A stretch of DNA of 62,701 bases, filler included, from Globobulimina sp. (GCA_003354225.1; 25 parts of 25 records of this genome joined end to end with filler, not necessarily neighbours in it); one strand, 5' to 3'; positions 35,187 through 47,237 are shown, counted from the whole stretch's first letter. Translations and numbers: made by a program. The notes: a model not told the origin generated them from the letters alone.

Positions 35187-37597
35187 TATTTCCTGAACCA
35201 TTTCAAGCGAATCAAAACCATTTTGAATAAACATATCATAATATCTAAGCAATCCAATTGAATCCAACCACAAATTAATCTCTTTAGCTCCGTCCTCATT
35301 AATATTATAATCAATTCCTTCAATCAAATCATTCTCCGCATGTTTAGGCATACTACCTGGCCCATTATCAATTATTTGTTTTGCTGCAAAATCGTCAATC
35401 ATAAAATTATTTTCATTAGAGTCAACTTGTATAATTGGCTCATTTCCAATTGTTTGTTTTCCTGTAAAATTATCATCAATATATCCACCATCAGTTTCAA
35501 CCACATCAACACCATGAAAATTATCCATAATTCCAAAATCCGTGGAATTCACCATTTCTAAGACATCATTGTCATTATCCACAGCAACTCCATCGCCATC
35601 ACCACTACTTTTTACATCTACAATCTCGACATCACTCATATTAATCATTCCCATATCTGTTTTATTAATAATTTCCACCACATCACTATCATTATTATGC
35701 GTATGTTCTCCTGAATTATAAATAATATCCAAAAATGTTTCATTGATATCCGCAATAACAACGTCATCATCTCCGCTACTTTTTACATTTACTATTTCGA
35801 CATCACTCATACTCGAAACCCGATCCTCAATAGTCATTGAAATATTTATTTGTTTTTTCTTACAAAATGTATAAAAAAATAATGCAGCAACACCAAATAC
35901 AAAACATATAACGATTAAAATCACTGCAATATACAGACCCGAATTACTACCTTTTTGATTTGCATCAATGTTACTTTCATAATCATTACCTGTGGAATAT
36001 ATTGTTGTTTCTCTTTGTTCTTGTTCTTGTTCTGCGAATATTGGTGATTTACTTGGTGACTTGGATGGATATTTGGTTGGCACAAAAGTAGATGGCACAG
36101 ATGTTGTTGGCACAGATGTTGTTGTCGGCACGGATGTTGTTGGGAAATTTGTTGGGAAATTAGTTGGATTTGTAGGTGCTTTGGTTTGTAGTGATGGAAT
36201 TGATGTGGGCACAAATGTTGGATCAAATGTCGGTTTCATTGATGGATTGGCAGTGTACAATTGTTGATTCTGAGGAAACGTAACACGCACTTTAGATATC
36301 CTGGCATCAGTACTAACAGTTCTAATGCCAACAGATCCAACGGCATAACTAGCATCTGAATAAGTAAATAAATACTCATTTTCTTCATAAAATTTGAATG
36401 TATTTCCAACACATTCAACACGGACTAAATACGGTGTACCCAAGGAATGTGCTCCTAATCCCATTGAATGATTATATAATGCATGGTATGTCCCATCAAG
36501 CTTTGCAAACTCATAGCCATCGGCCATCATTTTGACCACGTAAGCAGTACCACAATAATTATCACCACAATAATTGAGATTCGTTCCACGGAAAATAACT
36601 CCAACATTAAGTGCAGTACCATAGTCCCTTAAGACAGTACCACAACATATGAATGCGTTTTTTTTATCCGAAATTAAATACCACGAAAACGAATAATCCA
36701 TTAACATTAAAATATGTACAAAAAATGGCTAATGGCTTATTCGTTTTTGTGTTATTAAACTGGTTATTCACATCACAAATGTTGCGGTACTAAATGTACA
36801 TTTGATTTATTATCATTTCAATTTTATAGTCGGTCCAAAGCAATGAGTCTGGATCTTTCTCTCCAATCCAGGCCCATCTAACCACGTTTTGCATATCCGA
36901 CTGTCTGACACTGCAATCTCCATCAATTCCGCCTCCAATCCCTCCCCAATTCCAGGTGCCACCATTAGGTTCCGTCCATCTGTCGTCCCAATCGCAAATA
37001 TAATTCCTTACAACAATATGAGTTATGATATGCAATATAAAAAATAAAAACAAAAATACCAGAATGTTGTTTCAGGCGAATTTGCTGTGGTTACCACTAA
37101 ATTTCTTATTGTTGCATCAAATTCATCCGCCCAAATACTGCCTACATTTATAGCTTGATTCTTTACAATGGGATGGGATACAGAAACGCCTGAAACTTCA
37201 GCAGTGCCGCCACTATAATCATAGATATCATCATAGACATAATCGCCACCAAATGTCACTGTTAACCTTCTTTGCGTTTGATACAAAGTGTAATGATATT
37301 CAGTGTTCAATGCATAACTTGATGTCGTTATGGATTGTTCTGGATTTGATGTGGCCACAGTGGCAAAACTTGACATAATATTCTGTTGTTATGTGTTTCT
37401 TTGTTCACAACTGTGTATATATTATATATACATACTTGTGTAGGACCATGCACATATATTCCTGGATATCGCCGTGCATCGCTATCACCAAATTGTAGTA
37501 TATTGCCCCACATAATTGGCCATGAATGGAATGTGATATAAAAATCAATATATCTTTCATCCAAAATATCAATAACTCCGATATAGCCCGGAGGTTG
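35187..37597 (-). CDS. Type I membrane protein: beta-sandwich/lectin-like ectodomains, PT stalk, TM, acidic tail, SAM domain (both ends partial)
   Basis: GSVGIRT...ISKVRV (DUF1080/LamG-like), PTNFPT repeats, TM segment, WLDSIGLLRYYDMFIQNGFDSL (SAM). Confidence 0.72.
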
Positions 37598-37856
37598 NNN
37601 NNNNNNNNNNNNNNNNNNNNNNNNNNNNNNNNNNNNNNNNNTTAATTAATTAANNNNNNNNNNNNNNNNNNNNNNNNNNNNNNNNNNNNNNNNNNNNTTA
37701 ATATTGAACCAACAGAAAGTATCGATCGACAGATCTCACCATACATTTCATTTTCAGAGTATAATTTGAAAATGCAAAGGAAAATGAAACATATTCACAT
37801 ATTGTCTCATAAATGATTATGAATCTCATAATCTACAAAAATATTGTACTATCAAT

Positions 37857-39206
37857 ATGAAATTCCGACGTACAGCGTCAGTTGTAGTGATTTTATTGGT
37901 GGCTCTTTTTGTAGTTTGTCAAATATGCATGGAATGGGATCACACAAGTTTATCAATCACACCCTTAAGCCTTTATCAATCACACAAGGAATCTAAATCC
38001 AATATGAATGACCAACACAAGTTTAATTGGATAGACATTGCTGAACATGAACTAAAATCACATTTTACACATTACGAATTACAATCGATATCAATCAATA
38101 AAAGCGATCCAAAATGTGGCAAGCTGCCCCATCTGGATTCTCAATGTTGTTTAGGTGGATCCTCAGCGGGAGGTGGAACATATTGGAAGCCAGACCTATG
38201 TGCAAATAAACATATATTGAGAAAATTTGATTTTGATGGATTAGATGAAGATGAAATATTTAATATGAAACACATTGCAAATATTTTGCAAAACAATTCT
38301 GTGATTGCATCAATTGGTGACTCCACGCAACATCAAATTAATGATATGATTGAATGTAATTTCTATCGAAATGGTTTCATATTTATTCGAAACAACAAAA
38401 TATTAATTAATTATACAAAAGCAACAACTGACGACTGGCAATATAGGTTGGGAGCTACTAATAAAACATTCTGTGATGAACATATGCAATGCATTCACTT
38501 TGTGGCCATCAGTAATTACAAAATTAATAAAGAAGCATTGACACATTTTTGTGAGTGGGGTGATGTTTATTTGCTGAATTGGTCATTGCATTATAATTTT
38601 CAATTTGAAAGTATGAGAGAATATGATGATTCTTTACAATTTGTACTTAATCAAATCAAGCAATGTGAAAGAAATAAAGTTTTTGTGTGGAGAGAAAGAA
38701 CAAGTCAACATTTCTTTAATCCGGGCGGATATTACAGGACAAAAATGATAAACGAATCAGTTTGGAATGAATGGCATAAACATATTAAAATTCGTTCCGT
38801 TCGACTAAAGGCAACGGAATTGTATAATACATCATCGACTTGGTTGACAATCACCAATCAATCCGTGGCGTTTTCTGATAGTATATGGAAATATGGGTGC
38901 TTTCCAATGACATATATTGCTGATCTAGAAAAACAAGAAAAATATGTTTGGAGAAATAGGGTATTTGAGGCAGCCAAGTCAACGGATATTAAAATCAAAA
39001 TTGTGTATCATGACTCAAAGATAACTAATCATGATATGGATAAAAAACATTTATTGTATTTCATTCCATTTAAAGATGTTACAAATGATTTATGGGATCA
39101 TCATCCAAGTGAATGTACACATTATTGCACCACACCGTATTTGGCTCAATATATTTTCCATACATTGTATTTGGCTATAAACGCTTCGCAGACTATTCAA
39201 CTGTAG
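37857..39206 (+). CDS. Type II membrane SGNH/PC-esterase (TBL-like) acyl-esterase/transferase
   Basis: N-terminal TM anchor, SIGDST (GDS), LLNWSLHY, WRERTSQHF, C-terminal ECTHYC (DxxH-type). Confidence 0.75.
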   Translation: MKFRRTASVVVILLVALFVVCQICMEWDHTSLSITPLSLYQSHKESKSNMNDQHKFNWIDIAEHELKSHFTHYELQSISINKSDPKCGKLPHLDSQCCLGGSSAGGGTYWKPDLCANKHILRKFDFDGLDEDEIFNMKHIANILQNNSVIASIGDSTQHQINDMIECNFYRNGFIFIRNNKILINYTKATTDDWQYRLGATNKTFCDEHMQCIHFVAISNYKINKEALTHFCEWGDVYLLNWSLHYNFQFESMREYDDSLQFVLNQIKQCERNKVFVWRERTSQHFFNPGGYYRTKMINESVWNEWHKHIKIRSVRLKATELYNTSSTWLTITNQSVAFSDSIWKYGCFPMTYIADLEKQEKYVWRNRVFEAAKSTDIKIKIVYHDSKITNHDMDKKHLLYFIPFKDVTNDLWDHHPSECTHYCTTPYLAQYIFHTLYLAINASQTIQL

Positions 39207-39231
39207 AAGAGCCATGAATCAATCAAATAAA

Positions 39232-39329
39232 AATCTGTTAGTCTGGAATCGGACTACTTGATACTGCTTAATTGTAGTAGTGGTACGAAATTCGATCGCG
39301 ACATAAGTCCGATTCCAGGCTCACGGATT
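39232..39329. repeat. 24-bp inverted repeat / tiny MITE-like element between convergent genes
   Basis: AATCTGTTAGTCTGGAATCGGACT versus the reverse complement of the right arm, AATCCGTGAGCCTGGAATCGGACT (21/24). Confidence 0.7.
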
Positions 39330-39370
39330 ATAAAGGTGGGATATGAAAATGTATGTTTTTTTTGTGTTAA

Positions 39371-40108
39371 TTAATATTGGATCGCAAAAAATGACAAAAG
39401 CAATAAAGTCAACAGTAACAAAGCGATTTTTGCCTGTTTTGCAGAGGGTAAAATATTTCGTTCAATCCATGATCTCTGTAAATTAACAAATGGCAATGGA
39501 CAATTCTCACATTCTGGTTCTTTGTCCGCATCATATATATATTTTACATTAATGCTTTTATTATGCTTTGCTAATATTTTCGTAATTTTGTTTGCCTCTC
39601 TTTCTCCACTTTGTATCGCTCCATCCATGTAACCCAACCATTGATCGCTTAGTTCTGTTCCACAAAAATATATTTTCTCATTTTCAGCCTCCTTTAATAT
39701 GTTCCAATAATGTTGAGACATAACATTACAATTTGTGACACCAACAGGACCTCCTCCAGAATATATCTCTCCGCTCCATTTTTTCTCAAAATAACCAATA
39801 CATTCCGTCATAGCTTTTTTATTTTTAAATATTCTGCAATATTGTTGTAAAACGGATTGCTTTCGTTGTTCGTAACTCATATTTATATATTTATTTGTAT
39901 TCAATGTTAAACCCATTAATGATGGCACTGTTCCATCAGGTTTGCAATCATCAAATGTCACACATATCGGCGAATTATTATTATTCTCACCACAACAAAA
40001 TGATAAACCATTCAATCCATCTTCTCTCCAAAACGCAGTCTTAAAATAAGTATTTGTTTTAAATATGACAGCCATTGGCATATTTTTACAAATTTCCAGT
40101 CGTTTCCA
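39371..40108 (-). CDS. Flavin monoamine oxidase family, C-terminal half with tail anchor
   Basis: Y..AFWREDGLNG, W..E.YSGG, IYFCGTE...W.GYMDGAIQSGER.A, C-terminal TM segment. Confidence 0.9.
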   Translation of the reverse strand, partial: WKRLEICKNMPMAVIFKTNTYFKTAFWREDGLNGLSFCCGENNNNSPICVTFDDCKPDGTVPSLMGLTLNTNKYINMSYEQRKQSVLQQYCRIFKNKKAMTECIGYFEKKWSGEIYSGGGPVGVTNCNVMSQHYWNILKEAENEKIYFCGTELSDQWLGYMDGAIQSGEREANKITKILAKHNKSINVKYIYDADKEPECENCPLPFVNLQRSWIERNILPSAKQAKIALLLLTLLLLSFFAIQY

Positions 40109-40208
40109 NNNNNNNNNNNNNNNNNNNNNNNNNNNNNNNNNNNNNNNNNNNNTTAATTAATTAANNNNNNNNNNNNNNNNNNNNNNNNNNNNNNNNNNNN
40201 NNNNNNNN

Positions 40209-42524
40209 CCAAGTGGATCATTGTTTGTGATGGTTGAGTGTACGTATATTGATATCACATTTTTAATAGTCCCTCAATACATAACTTCCATCATCCATTT
40301 AATGCATACAATATTTTATAATGCCTTTTATTTTCTGCATCTATTAAAATTTATGATAAATAACGATATTTTAAAATCATTATTTAAATCATTTGCATTG
40401 TGTATTGAGGGTATAAATATTTTAATATCCACATTTTTAATATTTACTATTGTCTCAAAAGCGCTGTATAGCAATATACAGTTTAAACAAACTCATTATT
40501 CTCAATTTAATAAATCATTATCAAATATCTACGATAACGACATTTCAAATTTAATCAATAATAATTCATTAAAATTTGATACAAACATTGAAATAATTAA
40601 TAACGACATAAAGCAATACGTTGAGCTAACAATTTGGAGTGAAATATTCAATAAAAATCAATTGCCGTACGATATAAAATTAGCCACATACAAACCATTG
40701 AGATGGAGACCAACGGATAAAAACTATCAATTATTTGAAAATCACATGAAAAATATACCTATAAATTTCATTAAAAAAGTTGATAAAATTATAAACAAAC
40801 AATTTACAAAAAATCTCAATGTGTGGACGAGAATGCCATTTATGAGTAAATTTAACAAATTTAAGAATTTTATAAAAAATGAATTTAAACATTACAAAGA
40901 CAGCATCACCAATAAAAATATTAGAAATATTAACATGAATCAACAACAAATTAATATTTTAAAATATATACCAATCAAATATCCATCCACTGAGATTTTA
41001 ATATGTGATAAAAATCGTGGAAATGCAATCATTGACACATATATTTGGACTGAAATGCAAGCAAAATACATTGAAAATAATGGAAATAATTTCATTAATA
41101 TACAAAATTGCATATCTGTTGATGAGCTAATAAGCAATGGACGCACTGATTTAATTAATATAATATATAACAATAAATCATTGATGCCCGACTACGGCAA
41201 AACCATTGGCCTATTAAATGCAGGAAAATATGACAGAATTGGAAAATGGAAACCGATCCCCAAAATCCATAAAATATATAAAGAGGGCCCTAAGAAAGGA
41301 ACGCAAAAACCAGCAATTCGACCAATAATATCTTTGAAGGGGACCTTGTTAGAAATATCAGGTAAAATATCAATGGAAGGGGCAAGAAAAATTAATTACG
41401 GCCTTATCCACTATCATCCAAACAAAACATTTGAAAGCGATGATATCAGGGACATCGTAATTAAATTAGATGAAATAAATAATAATTTAATATTGAATGA
41501 AAATGATATTATATTTATCTCGGACATTAACGTAATGTACGACCATATTGATGGTGATATGGTACATAAATCATATGAAATTGCAAGAAATCACTTATTA
41601 CCACATAACTATGTAACGGACGCCGAAGCAAATCTATTCCACACAGCTACCAATCACGTATATGACAATGCGTATTTTAGTTATAATGACACTGTAAAGA
41701 AAATAATTAACTCGCAAGTACAAGGCAGCAAATCAGGAAATGATAACTGTTCATTGGTAATGAGAGTACATGAAATTGCGAATTATGAAACAATTGATAA
41801 TAATTGCAAAGTACTAATAAGATACAAAGACGATATTACGATCATTCCGTATGATCCAATCCTAACAGAAATGGAAGCAAATATTATCATAAAAATATTA
41901 TATCCACAATTTGACTTTGAAACGGATATCGATATCGAAAACAAGAAAGTTGAAATGTGCGATATGACGATATCGATTGGTGATGACTATAAAATAAATT
42001 ATGAAACAACAAGAGAGTCAAAGAAAGTAAGATCATACGTTTGCAAATCCTCAAATATTAAACAAGATATCAATGGAATTATGTTAACATTACAAGAAAG
42101 ATATATTATTATTAATGATAATAAAGCAAAATATCTATTAATGAAACAAATTGTATGTGATACGTTCATAAATTGCAATGAATGGAATTCCTACGATATC
42201 AGAAGATGTAAACACATTGACTACGATCAAAGAAATGAATTAATAAATAAATATTTAGTCAATAAAAAAGAAAAAATCAAAAAGTATATGAATAACAACA
42301 AAATTTATTTATTAAACAATAGGTGGTGGAAAACAGAAGAAAATAAACAACAAATTAATGAATACGCCACATATCAAAAAACATTCATTAATACAAAAAT
42401 CATAAATAAAATACTTTATAGAGCCATGGAATTATTACCACTTGAAGTTAAAGAAGAAATTACATTAAATATTTACTACAAATACGAACAAGCAATATCA
42501 ACTTTGATACATAAAAAACATTAA
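40209..42524 (+). mobile_element. Penelope-like retroelement reverse transcriptase ORF with no C-terminal GIY-YIG domain
   Basis: Uninterrupted 767-codon ORF: ICDKNRG (DKG-type), PKIHK..IRPIIS, ISDINVMYDHI (motif A), QVQGS (motif B), RYKDD (motif C), MCDMTI; stops after the thumb. Confidence 0.85.
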
Positions 42525-42810
42525 TTATTTTTATATTTAATTTCATAAAAATTCTCTATTTTATTTTTCACATTTTCTCTGTGTATGATTAAAAATAGAA
42601 ATATAAAACCTCTATTACANNNNNNNNNNNNNNNNNNNNNNNNNNNNNNNNNNNNNNNNNNNNTTAATTAATTAANNNNNNNNNNNNNNNNNNNNNNNNN
42701 NNNNNNNNNNNNNNNNNNNGCAATTTGTTCTAATAATTTTACTATCGACCAGTTATCTTCATCTGGATCACACAATGATGAAAGCATTTCCTTGAATACG
42801 ACCACGCCAG

Positions 42811-43980
42811 TGTGACGTGATTGCTGTGACGCATCAACCATCGAGTGATATATTTGCAATGTTGGATGTTTTGGTCATTTTAGCAAAAGGACATTGTATA
42901 TACTTTGGAGGCGCCATGGAAGTGGTGGAATATTTCAATAATTTGGGCTTTTTGTGTCCGCAGTATTGCAACATTGCAGATTATGCAATAAACCGTGTCC
43001 AAGAAAACAACGAATTGTTTATCCGCGCTTGGAAAGAAAATGAAGACAAATATATTGATTTACGTTTTAATTTGTATGGCGAATTAACACCGAAAGAGTC
43101 GCAAAACTCAGGTTTTTGGATGCAATCCGCGGAATTATTGAAACGCGAAGTGATAATTTTAAAAAGGGACCCTCGACCATCAAAAATCAGATTTGCGCAA
43201 ACTATCATATTTTCGTTAATACTCGGCATGTTATACTATGATTTGCCATATACGGCGGAAGGACTGCGGAACCGTTCTGCTTCGCTGTTTTTTCTGGCCA
43301 TTAACTCTTCGATGACCGGCCTACTGTCCACCATTTCGACGTTCCCAGAGCAGCGCATACTGTTTGAACGCGAAAGGAATAATAATATGTATTATACGAC
43401 AACCTATATCTTAGCAAAGATTTTAGTGCGTATCCCGGAACAAGCACTGTTTACATTGGTTTACGAATTGGTTTGTTATTGGTTGGTGGGCTTTGATTCC
43501 ACTTTTCTGCAGTTGTACATTTCACTGTTTTTATGTATCACATGTCTCAGTTCCGTGGGTATGATTGCCGGCTGTTTTGCAAATAATACCACCGAAGCTA
43601 TGAACATTATGCCCATCGCATTGTTGCCGCTCATGTTAATGACGAATTTTATGGTGTCAATGTCGCAGGTTCCAGTATTTTGGCGATGGCTCAGATGGGT
43701 GGATGGCTTTGCGTATCTTCTCGATTGCCTCAATATTATGGAATTCCAGGATGAAGAGCATGACTGTTACATTGATGCAGTGGGAGCCAAACACTGTTTA
43801 TATGACGGAAATGCACATTTGAAGCTGTTGAAGGTTGGTTATATGGATGATCCGTTCCTGAATCAATGGATTCAAACATATGACGATAGCGTCTATTTTG
43901 ATTGGACGATGCTAGCTATTTTGATGCTTTTTTTTTGGTTGTTAACATGGATTATTTTGGTGCACAGAAATGGATTTTGA
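42811..43980 (+). CDS. ABCG (White family) transporter, 5' partial
   Basis: THQPSS, GHCIYFG, CPQYCNIADY, ABC2 membrane domain with LFERER.NNMY. Confidence 0.92.
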   Translation, partial: CDVIAVTHQPSSDIFAMLDVLVILAKGHCIYFGGAMEVVEYFNNLGFLCPQYCNIADYAINRVQENNELFIRAWKENEDKYIDLRFNLYGELTPKESQNSGFWMQSAELLKREVIILKRDPRPSKIRFAQTIIFSLILGMLYYDLPYTAEGLRNRSASLFFLAINSSMTGLLSTISTFPEQRILFERERNNNMYYTTTYILAKILVRIPEQALFTLVYELVCYWLVGFDSTFLQLYISLFLCITCLSSVGMIAGCFANNTTEAMNIMPIALLPLMLMTNFMVSMSQVPVFWRWLRWVDGFAYLLDCLNIMEFQDEEHDCYIDAVGAKHCLYDGNAHLKLLKVGYMDDPFLNQWIQTYDDSVYFDWTMLAILMLFFWLLTWIILVHRNGF

Positions 43981-44180
43981 TTTTCTACCTATCTTTACTT
44001 TAATATTAATTTATTAATTTATTTTACAGACTCATTACATGTATTGCCATACTTTAAATTTGTATATAGTTGGATGCAAGGAAACAGTCTGTTGTACTTT
44101 GTAGAAACTTTGCTAGGGAAATATTTCGAATTCGTAGGTGTTTGTTAGTAACGTGCAAGGATAAATATTTACGAAATTCA

Positions 44181-45130
44181 TTATTTGAGCAACGACAATG
44201 AATAATCATAAAATGCTGAAAATCTACAAAGATGAAAATCTTGATTTGTAGTGTTTGAACCTTCCATGAAGCGAACATGTTTCACAAATTGCTGATCAAA
44301 CTGAACAGTTTGCCATGAAGCTTTATTCTGATGATTTGCAATTTGTTGCCATGATAAGCCATCTTTTGATATTTCAATTACATATTTATACACTCGATTG
44401 TCTCCATCATACAACCAAAATTTCAATGTATTTAATATATAAGCTCTATCAAAATTAATTTGAAAAATCTCTGTTGATTTAACATGTGAATAATTACTGA
44501 CAGCATATCCAGGTTGAAACATTTTGATTGGACCTACCACGGATTTATTTAATGTACAACACCTATCCATAGTGGCAACATTATTGCCGTTATTTCGTAA
44601 TAAATGATCAGTTTCATCATAAACCGGCTTTTCTGTTTTGGAATATTGAATATTGTCATAGCTGCTTGACACAACTATAAATTTACATAACTTGCATATA
44701 AAGGTGTTGTGTGCATATATTTTGGTTTGATATTCCAAAACCAAATAAATGTCATTGGGGAATTATTTGATTGTTTTGTATGGCTAATTTTAAATAATGT
44801 TTCTTGAGACACCTGCGTTTGTATCGATTCTTTAATCATATTAGCTGACTCTGAATGTGTTTTGTTATTTCTTCTGTTTGATTCACAGCGAAGGATTGGT
44901 GAATTTGTCATTCTTTTGACTGGGATTTGATTCCAATAATAAATTAAAATAACACCTGAATCGGTACTTGTTCGGGTTAGTATGATATCAATTAATTGAC
45001 TCATATTTTGGATATTATTTGAATTTACAAAAGCTAATGCATTGTCGACAAAATCCTCTGAAGAACTACCTTGTCGAATCTCTTTGATTTTGACTTCATT
45101 TATCTGTTCTTTTTCGTCTTGCATTATTTG
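44181..45130 (-). CDS. Protein with C-terminal F5/8C (BTBD9-like) domain, spliced, 5' partial
   Basis: LYDGDNRVYKYVIEISKDG..W, SWQ.V.F, G.NT.N..FH; probable intron at ~44662-44741. Confidence 0.62.
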
Positions 45131-45326
45131 NNNNNNNNNNNNNNNNNNNNNNNNNNNNNNNNNNNNNNNNNNNNTTAATTAATTAANNNNNNNNNNNNNN
45201 NNNNNNNNNNNNNNNNNNNNNNNNNNNNNNAAAAATCAATTTAATCAAAAAATCAAACTTACGAACAAAAGAAATCAATGCACAAAATATGAAAGAAAAT
45301 GATTGCGTTTGTGGGACATTGTCCAA

Positions 45327-46299
45327 TCATTGCACGGAACAACCCTGCCTCTGTTCACGTGATGATAACACTCTTGATCCATTAATTGTCTGTTCAGAGC
45401 CTGAACCATGAACACTTTGCTGTCTCTCTTCGACAACGCCATCACCATCAACTAAACACAACCACTGAACACTTTGTTGTCTCTTTTCGACATCAGCTGA
45501 ACTCAACCATGACAGAGCTATCTTCTGCTCAACTTGAACTTTTCCGATGTACATAGGCGTTCCATCATTCCGAATGAAACCTACCACTGGACTATCTCCA
45601 TCTGCGGGTCTTTTCCATACATATTTGTGCATGTTTTCAGTTGAAGTTGTCAAAATGCTGGAAATACATCCACTTATGGTTTGACCTTCACGTTGAGTTT
45701 GACATTCAGGTCGAGTGCCAAACATTGACCACCACCAATAATCTCGATTCGCTGAGGTGACTTCGCCAATGTACGTTACATTATCGTAAATACATTTCCC
45801 AATCCAACATCCCTTATCCATTGATTCATTCTCGTAAATACCAGGTATCGATCGGTAATTTTCGTAATCTGGATCCTTTTGGGACTCCCCTAAGGTTATC
45901 CAATGTGGATCTTCCAAGACTGTGGTGTAGTTTTGTGATTATTTATTTATTAATACACAATAAAAAAAGAAAGTATACTTAACACTTGACAAAAATAACA
46001 GCATCAGACAGAGCTCCTGTCTATCCATTTCTCATAGAAATCACAGGATCTCTGTCTGTAATACTCATCTGTGATTGTCTTCTGCCAATTATTTGGTTTT
46101 GTTGATCGTACAATGAAATAGCATTGGTGTTTAATTCTGACTGTGCGAGTTGATAAAGTGTGCCAATAGTCATGTCTGGATCACAGCGGTAATCATTAAT
46201 ATCGCCCAAATATAATTGGTCGTGATAACCTTTGAATATAATTCCTCCAAACACATGTGAACAAATGATAATCAATGCAAATAATGAATATTTGGACAT
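45327..46299 (-). CDS. Secreted protein with DM9-like repeats (two exons)
   Basis: Signal peptide MSKYSLFALIII; WIGK.IY...YIGEV and VVG...DGTPMYIGKV; tail with duplicated VExRQQSV. Confidence 0.5.
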
Positions 46300-46629
46300 T
46301 TTGTTGTTCTTCACTTTGTGGTGTTAGATCGGTGAATAAGTTTTGCACGCACGGAATTTGTGAATTGTATAATCGCCGAAGTTCGATATTGCGTAAATGT
46401 TTGAAATTGGTCCAGCTGCAAGAACAATGGCCTTCCAATTCGATCAACGATCGAAGACATGGTAAACTTTTTTTCTCAGGGTTGAAATTACTCACTTTTC
46501 AACAAATCATATTTTATATTTAGCATATGAGATTGGTATCAAACGAAAGAGAATAACATCGTACCAAACAAGGTTTACATTGTTCAAGAATTCTTTAGAT
46601 TATCATAATCTAGGCACATTTTTTTGAAA

Positions 46630-47237
46630 AAGACTTTTTAAAAATATCAAAATATGGGAGAGACTTTTTAAGAATATATAATAGAGTCTTTTTACAAACG
46701 AATAAAAAAAGTCGTTTCAAAAATATCAAGTCTTTTTATAAATATGGCGCTGTTCGTTAAAAGACCATCCAATCAGGGTAAATTTGGTTTTGGCTGGGAG
46801 TACAAGGCACTGATGATACTTTGCCTTCCAAGTATATATATATATATATATAAAATTCCTGCACTGATCGATAGCAGATTTACCCTGATTGGAGGGTCTT
46901 TTAACGAACAACGCCATATTGAGTCGTTTAAAAATATCAATTTATATATAGACAACCAATACACAACGGGATAAAAATGCCAGTGAGAGTCGTTTTTTTT
47001 TTCAGATCGACAGGTCAAGTAATGCAACTATACGACTACAGCTTCCTTCAATACTACAAAATATGCATCAACATCAACATATCCGACAATACATGACATG
47101 TGTCATATCGGACCATAAACAATATAGTAGTAGTAGTAGTATTTGTAAAACGACTTAATATTTATAAAACGACTTAATATTGGGAGATATCCAAAGGAAC
47201 GATTTTATTGAAACTTGAAAGTCGTTTTCGAAATATT
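46630..47237. repeat. Degenerate 19-bp repeat (AGTCGTTTTATAAATATTA-like) in both orientations
   Basis: Forward copies or cores at 46631, 46661, 46685, 46710, 46729, 46922, 46988 and 47220; reverse tandem copies at 47146-47162 and 47165-47181. Confidence 0.7.
46741..46920. mobile_element. MITE with ~40-bp terminal inverted repeats and a TA target duplication
   Basis: 46741-46783 matches the reverse complement of 46878-46920 at 41/43; internal (TA)n; TA at 46743-44 and 46917-18. Confidence 0.85.

Noticed and set aside
40221-42524. Telomerase, retron or group II intron RT identity
   Set aside because: No TERT T/CP motifs and no YADD with domain X or retron VTG; the motifs fit Penelope-like elements.
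37698-45130. Apparent clustering of RT, MAO, ABCG and others as a system
   Set aside because: They lie on different size-sorted contigs, so adjacency carries no information.
46726-46974. Two small opposite-strand ORFs both starting MALFVKRPSNQGK
   Set aside because: By-product of the MITE inverted repeats.
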